Below, piece after piece: positions 16,580 through 26,411 of a stretch of 64,000 bases of DNA (position 1 is its first letter; every line of letters begins with the position of its first letter). The position numbers and the translations under genes were made by a program. The stretch is from Deltaproteobacteria bacterium (GTDB taxonomy: Bacteria; Myxococcota_A; Polyangia; Polyangiales; Houyiibacteriaceae), in NCBI GenBank assembly GCA_034670305.1, contig JAXMNT010000010.1:1-64000 (forward strand). The letters run 5' to 3'. The notes under the pieces were generated by a model. That model saw nothing but the letters and a program-made list of their open reading frames with translations. It was not told the origin of the DNA and did not search any database.

Positions 16580-19500
16580 CTACTCCGCGATGCGGCGGCC
16601 GGTGGTGCGGAGGCGGCGGGCGAGGACTCGGACGATCTCGCGCATGGCGGCCGGTCGCCGCGCCATGAGTTCTTCGAGGTCGGCGCCGCGCAGACGGAGC
16701 AACGACGTGTCTTCGCGGCAGACCGCGTCGGCGCTGCGGGCTTGGTGGTCGAGGAGCGCCAGCTCTCCGAAGAACTCGCGCTCGCCCATCTCCGCGAGGG
16801 CGACCTCGCCGTCCATGATCGCCACTCGGCCGCGGATCACGAAGAACAGATCCTCGCCCGGGTCGCCCGCGAGGAAGACGACGTCGCCTTCGGTGTGCTC
16901 GACCTGCTCCACCTTCTCGGCCAGCTGCAGCACGTCGTCGCTGCTCAGCTCCCGGAAGAGCGGCACGCTCCGGAGAAACCGCATTCGTTCGTAGAGGGGG
17001 ACCATCGTGGCGTCGCGCTGCGCGATCTCCGGGAAACGGCGTTCGAATCGAACCCCGTACGTGAGCTGAGCGCAGCGGCGGAGGTGAGCATCCCCGAGCG
17101 CGACGATGGCGTCCAGCGGGCTCTGCACCGCCTCTTCGTCAAGCACCCCGAGTCGGCGCGCGACCCCCACCCGTTCCCGCAACGTGAGCCGTTCGAAGAG
17201 TGGCACCACCGTGCGTGCGAGTTCGCGGTCGAGCCCGAGCTCGAGCAGCTCCGCCACCTGCGCATCGCGCGCTGTGGAACGCACCCGCCGGCCGACCTCG
17301 ACCGCGCCGACCAGGTTCTTTCGACCGGTGAGCACGAGCAGCCCGAGCACGTCTCGCCGCGCCCGTTCGATCTCCAGATCGAGTTCGTGCGCGAGCAGCT
17401 CGAACTCCGGCTCGACCTCCCAGTCCGGCACCCCGTCGTCGTGCGCCAGCCCACCGAGCAGCGAGTAGAGCTGGTACGCGCGGCGGACGTCCGACCCGAT
17501 CAGCGGCGCGACCGCACGCGCCTCGAGTGGATCGCGCTCGCCGCGCCGCACCGCCACCCCGAGCGCCTCGACCGCGTGACGGCGGATCGCGACCTCCGGG
17601 TGCTGGAGCAACCGCAGCACGATCGCTTCGGTGACGTCCTTCGACGCCGACGACGCGCGGTGCGCGAGATGGCTCAAACTCGCGCCCAAGGTCTCTTCGC
17701 CCGCGCGCGGCCCTTCGGTGACGGAGTCGATCGTCACGAGGTAGCGGGCCGCGGTCGGCGCCGTCCGCGGATCCTTGAGCAGGCGCACCACGTCCGGCAA
17801 GAGCGGCGCGAGCCCCAATCGAACCACCGTGCGCGCGACCGCGAGCTGCGGCTCCGGCTCGCCGCACTCGAGCCACCGACTGAGCTGCGACTGCACGCCC
17901 GGCGCGCGGGTGGCGCCCAGGTCGAGCGCGCTCAGCGCGACCTTCAAGCTGGACGGGTCCTTCAACAGAGGCAGCAGCGAAGCCCCCCGCACCTCGGCCT
18001 CGGTGGTGTGCTCGATCGTCGCGATGCGGGCGAGCACCGCTTCGGCGCCCTCCCCGTCTGCGATGCGTTCGAAGAGCGCGCTCGTCTCTTGTGTGCGGGT
18101 CGGGAGCGCGCGCAACGTGGCGACGATCGCACGCCGCACGTCCACATCGTCCTCGAGCGTCAGCCGCTCCCGCAGCGAGGCCTCGAGCACCGCAGGCGAC
18201 AATCGACCGAGCGCCCGCACCACCGCGAGGCGCACCGCCGCCGCCGGATGTTCGAGCCCGCTCGAGAGCGCCGCCACGACCGCGTCGGCGCCGTGGCTTC
18301 CTTCCGAGGACCCGAGCATCTCGGCGGCGAGTGCGGCCCGCTCGACGTCTTCCGACTGCAGCTCCTCCGCGAGCGCACGGCACGCGTCGGCATCGAGGTT
18401 CGCGCCGGACGGCGACCTTCCTGGACCCAGCAAGATCCGCCGCTCGTCGACCGCGCGGTGGAGCGCGTCGTGGTAGACGGAGCGCGCCTTGGTGAAGACG
18501 AGCAACGCCGTGATCGAGGTGGTGCCGACGGCGAGCAGCGCGAGCCACCGGGTGTCCACGTGGTCGGGCACGAACGCCAGTCCGATCGCACAGACGCCGT
18601 AAGCGGCCGGCGCCAGCACACCACGGATGGCGGCCCGCGCCTGCGACCGGCGCACGTTGGGCAGCGGCGTCTGCATCTGCTCCGCCGCGGAGCTCGCGAT
18701 CGACTGCTTGAGCACCCGGCCGACGCCCCGGAGGATCACCGCTGTGAGCAACGAAGGCATCGCCACCGCGAAGACGGCGGCGATGCCGACCGCGATCGGC
18801 GTGACCAGGAGCGAGCGCGTCGCGCCGAGCGTCGCGAGCAACCGGCCACTGACACCGGCCAGCAAGACGAGCCCCACCGCAGAGGTCACGCCGTAGAACG
18901 TGCCGAAGAATCCGCTGATCGCTTCGGCGTCCCCCAGTTCTTCGCGCGCGGTGGCCATCAGCGTGAAGTCCATGAACTGCTCGGTCAGCAGCGCCAGCAT
19001 CGCGAGACCGGCGGCCAGGCGCATCAGCGGCTCCCGCGCGACGAAGCGAAAGCCCTCTTTCCACGCGGCGATGAGCCCCTGGCGGCGCCGCCCCCGCCGC
19101 GCGTGCGGATCGACGTCGAGCGCGACCACGCGTCGCAGCGTGACGAAGGTGCCCACCAACAACACCGGCGCGATGAGCAACAGTTCTTCCGCGCCAATCC
19201 ACTTCGTGAGCACCGGAACCGTGAAGCCGCCGATGGTCCACGCGGTGCCCGCGCCGAGTCCCGCGATGGGCAAGAGCCGACGCGCGGTGCGTGCGTCGCA
19301 GGCCGCCGCCGCGGTCGACCACACCTGCACGATCATCACGCCGAGCGATGCATCGATGAGCACGTAGGTGAGGAATCGAACCGGCGCCGCGTGGGAGAGC
19401 AGACAGACGCGCAGCCCGAGCAGGATCGCGATCATCACGAGCAACGACGCGCTCGCCAGCCGCGCCGGTCCGAGGCGGGGCGACAAACTCACGCAGAGGG

Positions 19501-19705
19501 AACTCGCGGTCGCGAGCGTCACTGCGCTGACCGCGAACGCCCACGGGATCGCCGACCTCGGATAGGCCTCCAGAAAGAGTCCGCTCTGCGCCGCTTTGAG
19601 GAGCACGGTGGCCGCACTCATCATGAAGATCATCGCGATGAGGCGCGCCGCGCGGCCCTCGTGGCCGTCGGGAATCGAGAGCAGTCGTCGGAGGAGGTCT
19701 TTCAA
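16580..19705 (-). CDS. Npt1/MFS-like transporter - HEAT repeat - cyclic-nucleotide-binding fusion protein
   Basis: Multiple N-terminal TM helices, HEAT-like repeats, C-terminal cNMP domain (LRSVPLF...GDPGEDLFFV..G...FFGELAL...RSADA). Confidence 0.85.
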   Translation of the reverse strand: MKDLLRRLLSIPDGHEGRAARLIAMIFMMSAATVLLKAAQSGLFLEAYPRSAIPWAFAVSAVTLATASSLCVSLSPRLGPARLASASLLVMIAILLGLRVCLLSHAAPVRFLTYVLIDASLGVMIVQVWSTAAAACDARTARRLLPIAGLGAGTAWTIGGFTVPVLTKWIGAEELLLIAPVLLVGTFVTLRRVVALDVDPHARRGRRRQGLIAAWKEGFRFVAREPLMRLAAGLAMLALLTEQFMDFTLMATAREELGDAEAISGFFGTFYGVTSAVGLVLLAGVSGRLLATLGATRSLLVTPIAVGIAAVFAVAMPSLLTAVILRGVGRVLKQSIASSAAEQMQTPLPNVRRSQARAAIRGVLAPAAYGVCAIGLAFVPDHVDTRWLALLAVGTTSITALLVFTKARSVYHDALHRAVDERRILLGPGRSPSGANLDADACRALAEELQSEDVERAALAAEMLGSSEGSHGADAVVAALSSGLEHPAAAVRLAVVRALGRLSPAVLEASLRERLTLEDDVDVRRAIVATLRALPTRTQETSALFERIADGEGAEAVLARIATIEHTTEAEVRGASLLPLLKDPSSLKVALSALDLGATRAPGVQSQLSRWLECGEPEPQLAVARTVVRLGLAPLLPDVVRLLKDPRTAPTAARYLVTIDSVTEGPRAGEETLGASLSHLAHRASSASKDVTEAIVLRLLQHPEVAIRRHAVEALGVAVRRGERDPLEARAVAPLIGSDVRRAYQLYSLLGGLAHDDGVPDWEVEPEFELLAHELDLEIERARRDVLGLLVLTGRKNLVGAVEVGRRVRSTARDAQVAELLELGLDRELARTVVPLFERLTLRERVGVARRLGVLDEEAVQSPLDAIVALGDAHLRRCAQLTYGVRFERRFPEIAQRDATMVPLYERMRFLRSVPLFRELSSDDVLQLAEKVEQVEHTEGDVVFLAGDPGEDLFFVIRGRVAIMDGEVALAEMGEREFFGELALLDHQARSADAVCREDTSLLRLRGADLEELMARRPAAMREIVRVLARRLRTTGRRIAE

Positions 19706-19824
19706 TCGCGTTCCGTAGGCCGCAGAGGGTACCGCCTCGCGCGTGCACGCGGGGGGCCCTGGACGGTCTCCCAGGTCAGACGCCGAAAGTGACCGATCGG
19801 TTCCATCGCGATACGCTCCGACCC

Positions 19825-20916
19825 ATGATTCAGGGAAGACATTTGGTCCTGCTGGTGTGCGGGGGACTTCTGGCGTTCGGCTGTGGCGACGACGACGCAG
19901 GCGCCGTCGATGGAGGGCGGGCCGACGTCGGCAGCCCCGACGCAGAGCCCACGATGGACGGTGGCCAAGACGCCGGCACCGACGCCTTCGTGGAAGCCGA
20001 CGCCGGCACCGACACCGGTCCGCGCATGGACGCGGGCCCGACCACCCGGCCCGACCCCGGACTCGTCGGGCGCGCCGCGGTACACATCGCCGCGTGCACG
20101 GGCGGAGATGCGCTGCGCACCTGGCTGAGGGACATCTACGGGGACGCCTACCCGACCGCCGGCGCGGACCCCGACGGGTTTTTGGATCGCAGCGTGCTCG
20201 AAGGGCTCGAGTGCGTCGACGCGCTCACCTCATGCGACGGGCTCTACGAGTGCATCGGACTCGAGGTCGAGTCGGGCGAGGGGTGCACCGAAGGATGCGC
20301 GGGAAGCGAGCTCACCCTCTGCGAGGGCGGCGAGACCGTGCGTCTCAACTGCCAGGTGTTCTTCGGCAGCGACTGCAACGCGGCCGGTGACGACTGCGCG
20401 GACTACGAAGCGCCGCCCGGATCGACGACCTGCGATCCCGAGACCTTCGAAGAACTCTGCACGGGGGACGCACCCACCTACTGCGCCGAGTCGGGCGGCT
20501 TCGTCATCACCGAAGACGCCTGCGCGGACTACGGGCTCGAATGCGCGGTGGATGGCGAAGCGCGTTGCCGGGGCACGACCCCGACCGATGCCTGCAGCTT
20601 CGAGGGCGGCGTGCTCTCCTTCGAAGGGACGAGCTGCACCGGCGACGTGCTGACCACCTGCCTCAACGGCGGAGAAGCGACCGTCGATTGCGCGGCTGCG
20701 TTTGCGCCCGGTGCCAGCTGCTTCACGATCGGCGCGACGAGCTACTGCGGCCTCGCGGACGAGTGCGATCCGACGTCGTCCGAGACCGAGCCGAGCTGCG
20801 ACGGCGACACCGTCGTGTTCTGCAACGCGGGCCGGCTCGATCGCGTCGACTGCACTTCCCGCGGCTTCGCAGGATGCGACAGCGGCTCCACATTGGGCTG
20901 CCTCTTCCCGTTCTGA
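19825..20916 (+). CDS. Cys-rich myxobacterial lipoprotein
   Basis: Lipobox AFGC, DAG-rich linker, repeated C.GD....C modules. Confidence 0.75.
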   Translation: MIQGRHLVLLVCGGLLAFGCGDDDAGAVDGGRADVGSPDAEPTMDGGQDAGTDAFVEADAGTDTGPRMDAGPTTRPDPGLVGRAAVHIAACTGGDALRTWLRDIYGDAYPTAGADPDGFLDRSVLEGLECVDALTSCDGLYECIGLEVESGEGCTEGCAGSELTLCEGGETVRLNCQVFFGSDCNAAGDDCADYEAPPGSTTCDPETFEELCTGDAPTYCAESGGFVITEDACADYGLECAVDGEARCRGTTPTDACSFEGGVLSFEGTSCTGDVLTTCLNGGEATVDCAAAFAPGASCFTIGATSYCGLADECDPTSSETEPSCDGDTVVFCNAGRLDRVDCTSRGFAGCDSGSTLGCLFPF

Positions 20917-21001
20917 ACACTTCCGTTCTGAACCTGCCCACGCAACCGGGCGTGGCCATGCTTGGCTGCGCGTCCCGGCGCGCGGCTGATATGTTCCGGC
21001 C

Positions 21002-22636
21002 ATGACGAAGGCCTCCGTTCGAACGCTCTCGCTCGCGGCGATGTCCTCCCTCGTCGCCATCGCCGTGGCTTGCGGCGGAGACGACGACCCGCCGCCGCGC
21101 CCGCCGCCGCCGCCGGACATGGAGGCGGTGCTCGCGCGGCATCAGGTCGAGTGGGACGCCACCGAACGCGCCACCGCCATCACCGAAGGCCGCGCCGCGC
21201 TCGAACGGCGCGAGTGCAACCGCTGCCACACCATCGACGACGTCGAACCGGCCGGTCGCTCCGATCATTGCGTGAGCTGCCACGTGTGGATCAAGGGACT
21301 CGAACCGGGCCACCGCCACTACGACATGCTCTCTGAACGCTACGGCGAACACATCCTGAAGCGGTACCAGAAGAACATCGTGCACTACCGCGCGGTCCCG
21401 AACCTCACCGGCATCGCGCGCCGGCTCGACCCGGCGTTCATCGACCACTTCATCGCCGAGCCGTGGGACCTGCGGCCGATGTTGGACGAGACCATGGTGC
21501 GGACCCACCTGGACGACGCCGACCGCCGCGCCATCGTGCGCTACTTCGCCGCCGTCGCCGGGGTCGCCGATCCAGGCGCGTCGCCGCCGATGCCCACCGC
21601 CGAAGGCCCGCCACCGGGAGACGAAGACGTGGTCGCTGGACGCGAGATGTTCCTCGCGCGCTGCGCGACCTGCCACACGTTCGGCAACCTCGACACGGGC
21701 AAGACCGTCGCCGATCTGGAGCGCGCCGGGCTGCCCGCGCAGCTCGCGCCCAACCTTCGGTTCACCCGGCAACGCATGCACCGCGACGTCGTGGTCGCGT
21801 GGATCGAGGAGCCCACGTTGCTCGCTCCAGACACGCTGATGCCCGACATGCAGCTGACGCACGCCGAAGCGGAACAGGTCGCGGACTTCTTGCTGTTCGC
21901 GGATCCAGAGATCGGCAACGTGCCGAGCGCGGAGCTCGAAGTGCCGGCGGTTCTCGACCGACCGGTCGGCTGGGAAGAGGTCAAAGCCAAGGTGCTCGGA
22001 CGCATCTGCGTGCACTGCCACATGAACGAACACGAACGCGATCTCGGACCGGGCAACGAAGGCGGCTACGGCTGGCCCGGCAGTCGACTCGCGATGCGCA
22101 CCTACGAGACCCTGGTGCGCGGCGCGGTCGACGCCGAGACAGGCGAAGCGTACAGCGTGCTGCTGCCGCGCGAGGGCCACACGCTCCCGCCCATCTTGGA
22201 AGCGATGATGGCGCGCCGCACCGAGGAGCTTCGCGACCGGGTGCCGCCTTTCGCCGACCACGAGCGGCCCGACTTCCCAGCGCTCGACGCACACACCCTG
22301 CTCGGCATGCCGATGGGGCTGCCGCACATTCCGAACGACGAGGTCGCGCTCCTGCGGACCTGGATCGCGCAGGGGTGTCCTGGGCCGACGGAGGTGACCG
22401 GCATGCCCGGCATCGACGATGGGTTCCTCGTGCCGGACGGTCCGATCGCCCAGAACCAAGGATGCGAACAGCGCGCGCCTTCGGAGACCCGGCCCGCGTG
22501 GTCGACCCAGCCCCCCCCCGAATGGGCCCGGCCCGAGCCGGCACCCACGCAGATGGGCATGGAACGCGGCCCGAACATGCGTGAGACGACGATGGGTCCG
22601 GCCGGTTCCATGGCGGCTCCGACCCGCATGGAGTGA
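21002..22636 (+). CDS. Multiheme (4 CxxCH) cytochrome c lipoprotein
   Basis: Lipobox AVAC; CNRCH, CVSCH, CATCH, CVHCH. Confidence 0.85.
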   Translation: MTKASVRTLSLAAMSSLVAIAVACGGDDDPPPRPPPPPDMEAVLARHQVEWDATERATAITEGRAALERRECNRCHTIDDVEPAGRSDHCVSCHVWIKGLEPGHRHYDMLSERYGEHILKRYQKNIVHYRAVPNLTGIARRLDPAFIDHFIAEPWDLRPMLDETMVRTHLDDADRRAIVRYFAAVAGVADPGASPPMPTAEGPPPGDEDVVAGREMFLARCATCHTFGNLDTGKTVADLERAGLPAQLAPNLRFTRQRMHRDVVVAWIEEPTLLAPDTLMPDMQLTHAEAEQVADFLLFADPEIGNVPSAELEVPAVLDRPVGWEEVKAKVLGRICVHCHMNEHERDLGPGNEGGYGWPGSRLAMRTYETLVRGAVDAETGEAYSVLLPREGHTLPPILEAMMARRTEELRDRVPPFADHERPDFPALDAHTLLGMPMGLPHIPNDEVALLRTWIAQGCPGPTEVTGMPGIDDGFLVPDGPIAQNQGCEQRAPSETRPAWSTQPPPEWARPEPAPTQMGMERGPNMRETTMGPAGSMAAPTRME

Positions 22637-22671
22637 ACCTCTCGCCGACCCGCAACTGATATGCTCACCCC

Positions 22672-24192
22672 GTGGTGCGCAGGCCCGACGAGAGCGAGAA
22701 GATCGCGTTGGCCGACACGGTCATCGGGGAACAATCGTCCGGCGCGGGCCTCATCTCCTCGCCGAGCATCGACGAAGAAGATCCCGCCACCCTGTGCGGC
22801 GCCCGCATCGATCACTTCAAGGTCGAACGGGTGCTCGGCCGCGGCGGCATGGGCACCGTGTACCTGGCGCACGATGTGTCGCTCGACCGGAAGGTCGCGC
22901 TCAAGATGTTGCGCGGCGCATTCGTCAAGCGCGGGTACGAACAGCGCATCATGCGCGAGGCCCGCGCTCAAGCGAAGCTGCAGCATCCGAACGTGGTGGG
23001 CATCCACTACATCGGTCGCGCGGGCACCGGGGTGGGCGACACCACGCCGCCTCCGCCCCAGATCGCGCGCGGAGAAGACGACACGCCCCTGCCCATGCCA
23101 CTCGGCGACGTCGTGCGCGGCCCGCTCTACTTCGCGATGGAGCTCATGGAGGGCGAGCCGCTCGACGGCATCATCGAACGCGGCGACCGGATGGATCCGG
23201 AGTCCGCGCGGCTCGCGATGCAACAGGTCGCGCGCGGGCTGCGGGCCGCGGGACGCCAAGGGATCATTCACCGGGACATCAAACCCTCGAACCTGCTTCG
23301 AGGCCGCGAAGGGTCGATCAAGATCGGTGACTTCGGCCTCGCCAAACCCATCGAAGGCGACGTCTCGATCACCCAAGAGGGCGCGTTCGTCGGCAGCCCG
23401 CTCTACATGTCCCCCGAACAGGCGAGCGGCGATCCGGTCGACCACCGCGCCGACATGTACTCGCTCGGCGCGACCTTCTACCACCTCGTCGCCGGCCATC
23501 CGCCCTTCGAAGGCAAGACCCCGCTCAAGGTGCTCTCGGGCCACCTGAGCCGCCCAGCGCCGAAACTCTCCGAGGCCGCGCCGGACGTGCCCGCGGCGAT
23601 GCGCCGGATCATTCACCGCTTGCTCGAGAAGGACGTCGACGACCGGTACGTGGACTACGACGCGCTGCTCGACGACCTCGAAGACGCCGCGCCCGGTCGC
23701 TCGCCCTACGCCGGGTTCTGGATCCGCGCCGCCGCGTCGACAATCGACACGGTGCTGGCGGCGGTGTTGATCGGCCTGTTGGGCTGGCCCGGCGTGCTGC
23801 TTCACTTGCTTCATGTGACCATTGGCCACGCACTGCGCGGACAGACCCTGGCGAAGCACCTGCTCAAGATCCGCGTCGAGCGAGCCGACGGCGGGCGGCT
23901 CGGCTGGCAGCGGGCGATCGCGCGCACGCTCGTGTCGTTGTGGATGCCGATCGTGCTGAGCGCGATGATCCTCGCGACCCAGGGGTTCAGCGGGCTGACG
24001 ACGACGATCGAGCAACTCCGATTCGGAGAGATGGGCCGCCTGCAAGCGGTGCTGATGGCGATCCTCGTCAGCAACGGTGTGCTCAGCGTGATGTACGTCT
24101 CGGGGCTCGGGCTGGCCGCGTTCCACAAGCAGAAGCAGAGCCTGCACGATCTGCTCGTCGGCTCCGTCGTCCGCTACGCATGGACCGCCTGA
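22672..24192 (+). CDS. Ser/Thr protein kinase with C-terminal RDD membrane domain
   Basis: LGRGGMG, VALK, HRDIKPSN, DFG and MSPE motifs; YAGFWIRAAA...GQT..K..LKIRV...SLHDLL RDD signature. Confidence 0.9.
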   Translation: MVRRPDESEKIALADTVIGEQSSGAGLISSPSIDEEDPATLCGARIDHFKVERVLGRGGMGTVYLAHDVSLDRKVALKMLRGAFVKRGYEQRIMREARAQAKLQHPNVVGIHYIGRAGTGVGDTTPPPPQIARGEDDTPLPMPLGDVVRGPLYFAMELMEGEPLDGIIERGDRMDPESARLAMQQVARGLRAAGRQGIIHRDIKPSNLLRGREGSIKIGDFGLAKPIEGDVSITQEGAFVGSPLYMSPEQASGDPVDHRADMYSLGATFYHLVAGHPPFEGKTPLKVLSGHLSRPAPKLSEAAPDVPAAMRRIIHRLLEKDVDDRYVDYDALLDDLEDAAPGRSPYAGFWIRAAASTIDTVLAAVLIGLLGWPGVLLHLLHVTIGHALRGQTLAKHLLKIRVERADGGRLGWQRAIARTLVSLWMPIVLSAMILATQGFSGLTTTIEQLRFGEMGRLQAVLMAILVSNGVLSVMYVSGLGLAAFHKQKQSLHDLLVGSVVRYAWTA

Positions 24193-26384
24193 GCGCGTCC
24201 CGGACTGGTAGGGCGCGCTCCATCGGTTCGCTCGCGTTCGCGTTCGCGCTGGTGAGTTGCGCCGGCTGGTACGCCGCGCTCCCATGGCGCAGCGGGGCGG
24301 GGTTCGGGACGGCGGCGCTGGGGTCGGTCGCGTTTGGCGTGCTGGTCGCCACCGGCCTGCAGCGCAGCTCGTTCGCGCTGGGCACCGGGCCGGCGCGTCG
24401 GGTGTGCCTCGCGGCAGCCGTCGTGTGCGGCGTGCTCTTCGCGAGCGCGCGTGGCGACCACGTGTTCGCGAGCCCGTCCGCACCGGTCGACCGCATCGAA
24501 CCGCGCATTCACCCCGCGGTCTTGCGGGACGACCGGCCGCAGCGGTTCTACGTGACGTCGGACGCGGCCGAGGTCGCGCTCGCGCTCGGCGCGCATCGTT
24601 TCGAAGGCGAACCCCTCGGAGACGGGTTGCACCGCATCGACGTGGACCCGGTCGACGCACCGCGCGCCGTCTCGCCGATCCTGATCGTGGACGGCCGCGC
24701 GCAAGACGATCGCGTGGAGCGGGTACCCGCGACCCGGGCATGGAGCTGGCCGTGCGTGGCTCCGGATGGGCGGTACGCGGTGGTCAGCGAAGCCACCGAC
24801 GAACGCCTCGACGCGGCTCCTGGTGTCTCGGCGTCGGTGCGGGCCACACGGGACCGGCCGGTCGGATGCCTGCTCGGCGCGACGTCGTGGACCGCGTACG
24901 CGGACGGCACCCTCGAGTCGGCGGGGGCGCGCCTGCAACTGCCGGGACGCGTTCGCGCCATCGTCTCGATGGAGTGGGGCGAGGAGCCGCGGTGGGCTGC
25001 GAGCGGCATCCACGCGTCCGGCGCCGAGGTCGTCTGGTTCGGGCACGGCGCCGAACTCTTGTCGGAGCACCCGATCTCCGCGCCGGCCGAGCACCTTCAG
25101 GCCACTGGTTCTGGCGTGGCATTCGCGACGCCGTGGCGGCGCGGACACCCGCCGGCACTCGTGCACCTCCGGACCGACGGACGCCTTCACCAGCTGCCGC
25201 TTGACCGGCCCGCGACCTCGATCGCAGCGCACGGCGACACGCTCTGGTTCACGACCACGAGCTTTGGCGCCACGGCGCGTCTCCGCGACAACCACCACGT
25301 CGCACCGCGGCTCGTCGCCGTGCGCTTGCCGGAGCTCGCGTTGGTCTCGCTCACCGAGATCGAGGACGGGACCATCCTCGGGGTGGTGGACGGCGCGCCG
25401 ATGCTCGATGGCGAGGCGGCGCCTCTGGCGGGGGGTGCGTCGCCGACTTGGGTGGTGGGGCTGCCCGCCGAAGGCGATGCAGATGCAGAAGCAGAAGCCG
25501 ATGGCGAAGCCGAAGCCGATGCCGATGCAGAAGCAGAAGCCGATGCCGATGCCGATGCCGATGCCGATGCCGATGCAGAAGCCGATGCCGATGCCGTAGC
25601 CGATGCCGAAGCAGAAGCAGAAACGGCGACAGGGACAGCAACAGCGGCAGCGGCCCGGGCGGTGCTGCTGTTTGGTTCCGTCCGCGACGCCGGCATGGAG
25701 CTGCGCGACGGAGCGCGCGTGGTGCGGGTCGATCCGCCGGGCGAAGCTGTGGATGATCGCGCGGCGGCGCGGCAACGGGGGCAACGTGCGTTCTTCGAGA
25801 ACAGCCGGGCGGGCGTCGCGTGTGCGACCTGCCACACGACCCGAGGCGGACAGCCCGTCGCCGACTGGATGCGCTACGACATCGGCCAGCCGGTGATGCG
25901 CCCCACCCGATCGGTCGCGGGACTCGCCGGCACCGCGCCCTTCTTGAGGGACGGGAGCTACCCGAACCTCGGTGCATTGCTCGAGTTCCCAGAGACCGTC
26001 TTCGGGGGGTACGCACGGCGCTCTGACACCCGGGCCGAAGACCTCACGGCGTACCTGGAGTCCCTGGTGGTGGAAGCAGGTCCACGTCGCGCGCACGAAC
26101 GCGAAGGGTGGTTGGTCTTCCAGCGCGCGGGCTGTCCAGACTGCCACGCGCCACCCGCCTTCACCGATCGACGCACCTACCGGGCCGCGCGGATCGACCC
26201 CACGTTGCCGCCCGCACTCCAGCTCGACACGCCCTCTCTGCGTGGGGTGGGCGCGGGGCGGCTCCGGCTCGATGGACGAGACGACCTCGACTCATTCTTG
26301 CGCGCGGCCGATCACGAAGGGCTGCGCGGGGGGCTGACTTCCGTCGAACGCGCCCACCTTCGCGCGTTCCTCGAAATGCTCTAG
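24180..26384 (+). CDS. Membrane-anchored protein with propeller-like region and C-terminal di-heme cytochrome c domain
   Basis: N-terminal TM helices; CATCH...TAPFLRDGS and CPDCH...DTPSLRG, resembling di-heme peroxidase/MauG-type domains. Confidence 0.7.
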   Translation: MDRLSASRTGRARSIGSLAFAFALVSCAGWYAALPWRSGAGFGTAALGSVAFGVLVATGLQRSSFALGTGPARRVCLAAAVVCGVLFASARGDHVFASPSAPVDRIEPRIHPAVLRDDRPQRFYVTSDAAEVALALGAHRFEGEPLGDGLHRIDVDPVDAPRAVSPILIVDGRAQDDRVERVPATRAWSWPCVAPDGRYAVVSEATDERLDAAPGVSASVRATRDRPVGCLLGATSWTAYADGTLESAGARLQLPGRVRAIVSMEWGEEPRWAASGIHASGAEVVWFGHGAELLSEHPISAPAEHLQATGSGVAFATPWRRGHPPALVHLRTDGRLHQLPLDRPATSIAAHGDTLWFTTTSFGATARLRDNHHVAPRLVAVRLPELALVSLTEIEDGTILGVVDGAPMLDGEAAPLAGGASPTWVVGLPAEGDADAEAEADGEAEADADAEAEADADADADADADAEADADAVADAEAEAETATGTATAAAARAVLLFGSVRDAGMELRDGARVVRVDPPGEAVDDRAAARQRGQRAFFENSRAGVACATCHTTRGGQPVADWMRYDIGQPVMRPTRSVAGLAGTAPFLRDGSYPNLGALLEFPETVFGGYARRSDTRAEDLTAYLESLVVEAGPRRAHEREGWLVFQRAGCPDCHAPPAFTDRRTYRAARIDPTLPPALQLDTPSLRGVGAGRLRLDGRDDLDSFLRAADHEGLRGGLTSVERAHLRAFLEML
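25475..25655 (+). repeat. In-frame hexamer repeat (GCCGAT/GCAGAA) encoding (AD/AE)n
   Basis: Read directly inside CDS 24180..26384. Confidence 0.9.
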
Positions 26385-26411
26385 AGCGCCTGCACCGAAC
26401 GCGCGAGACCG

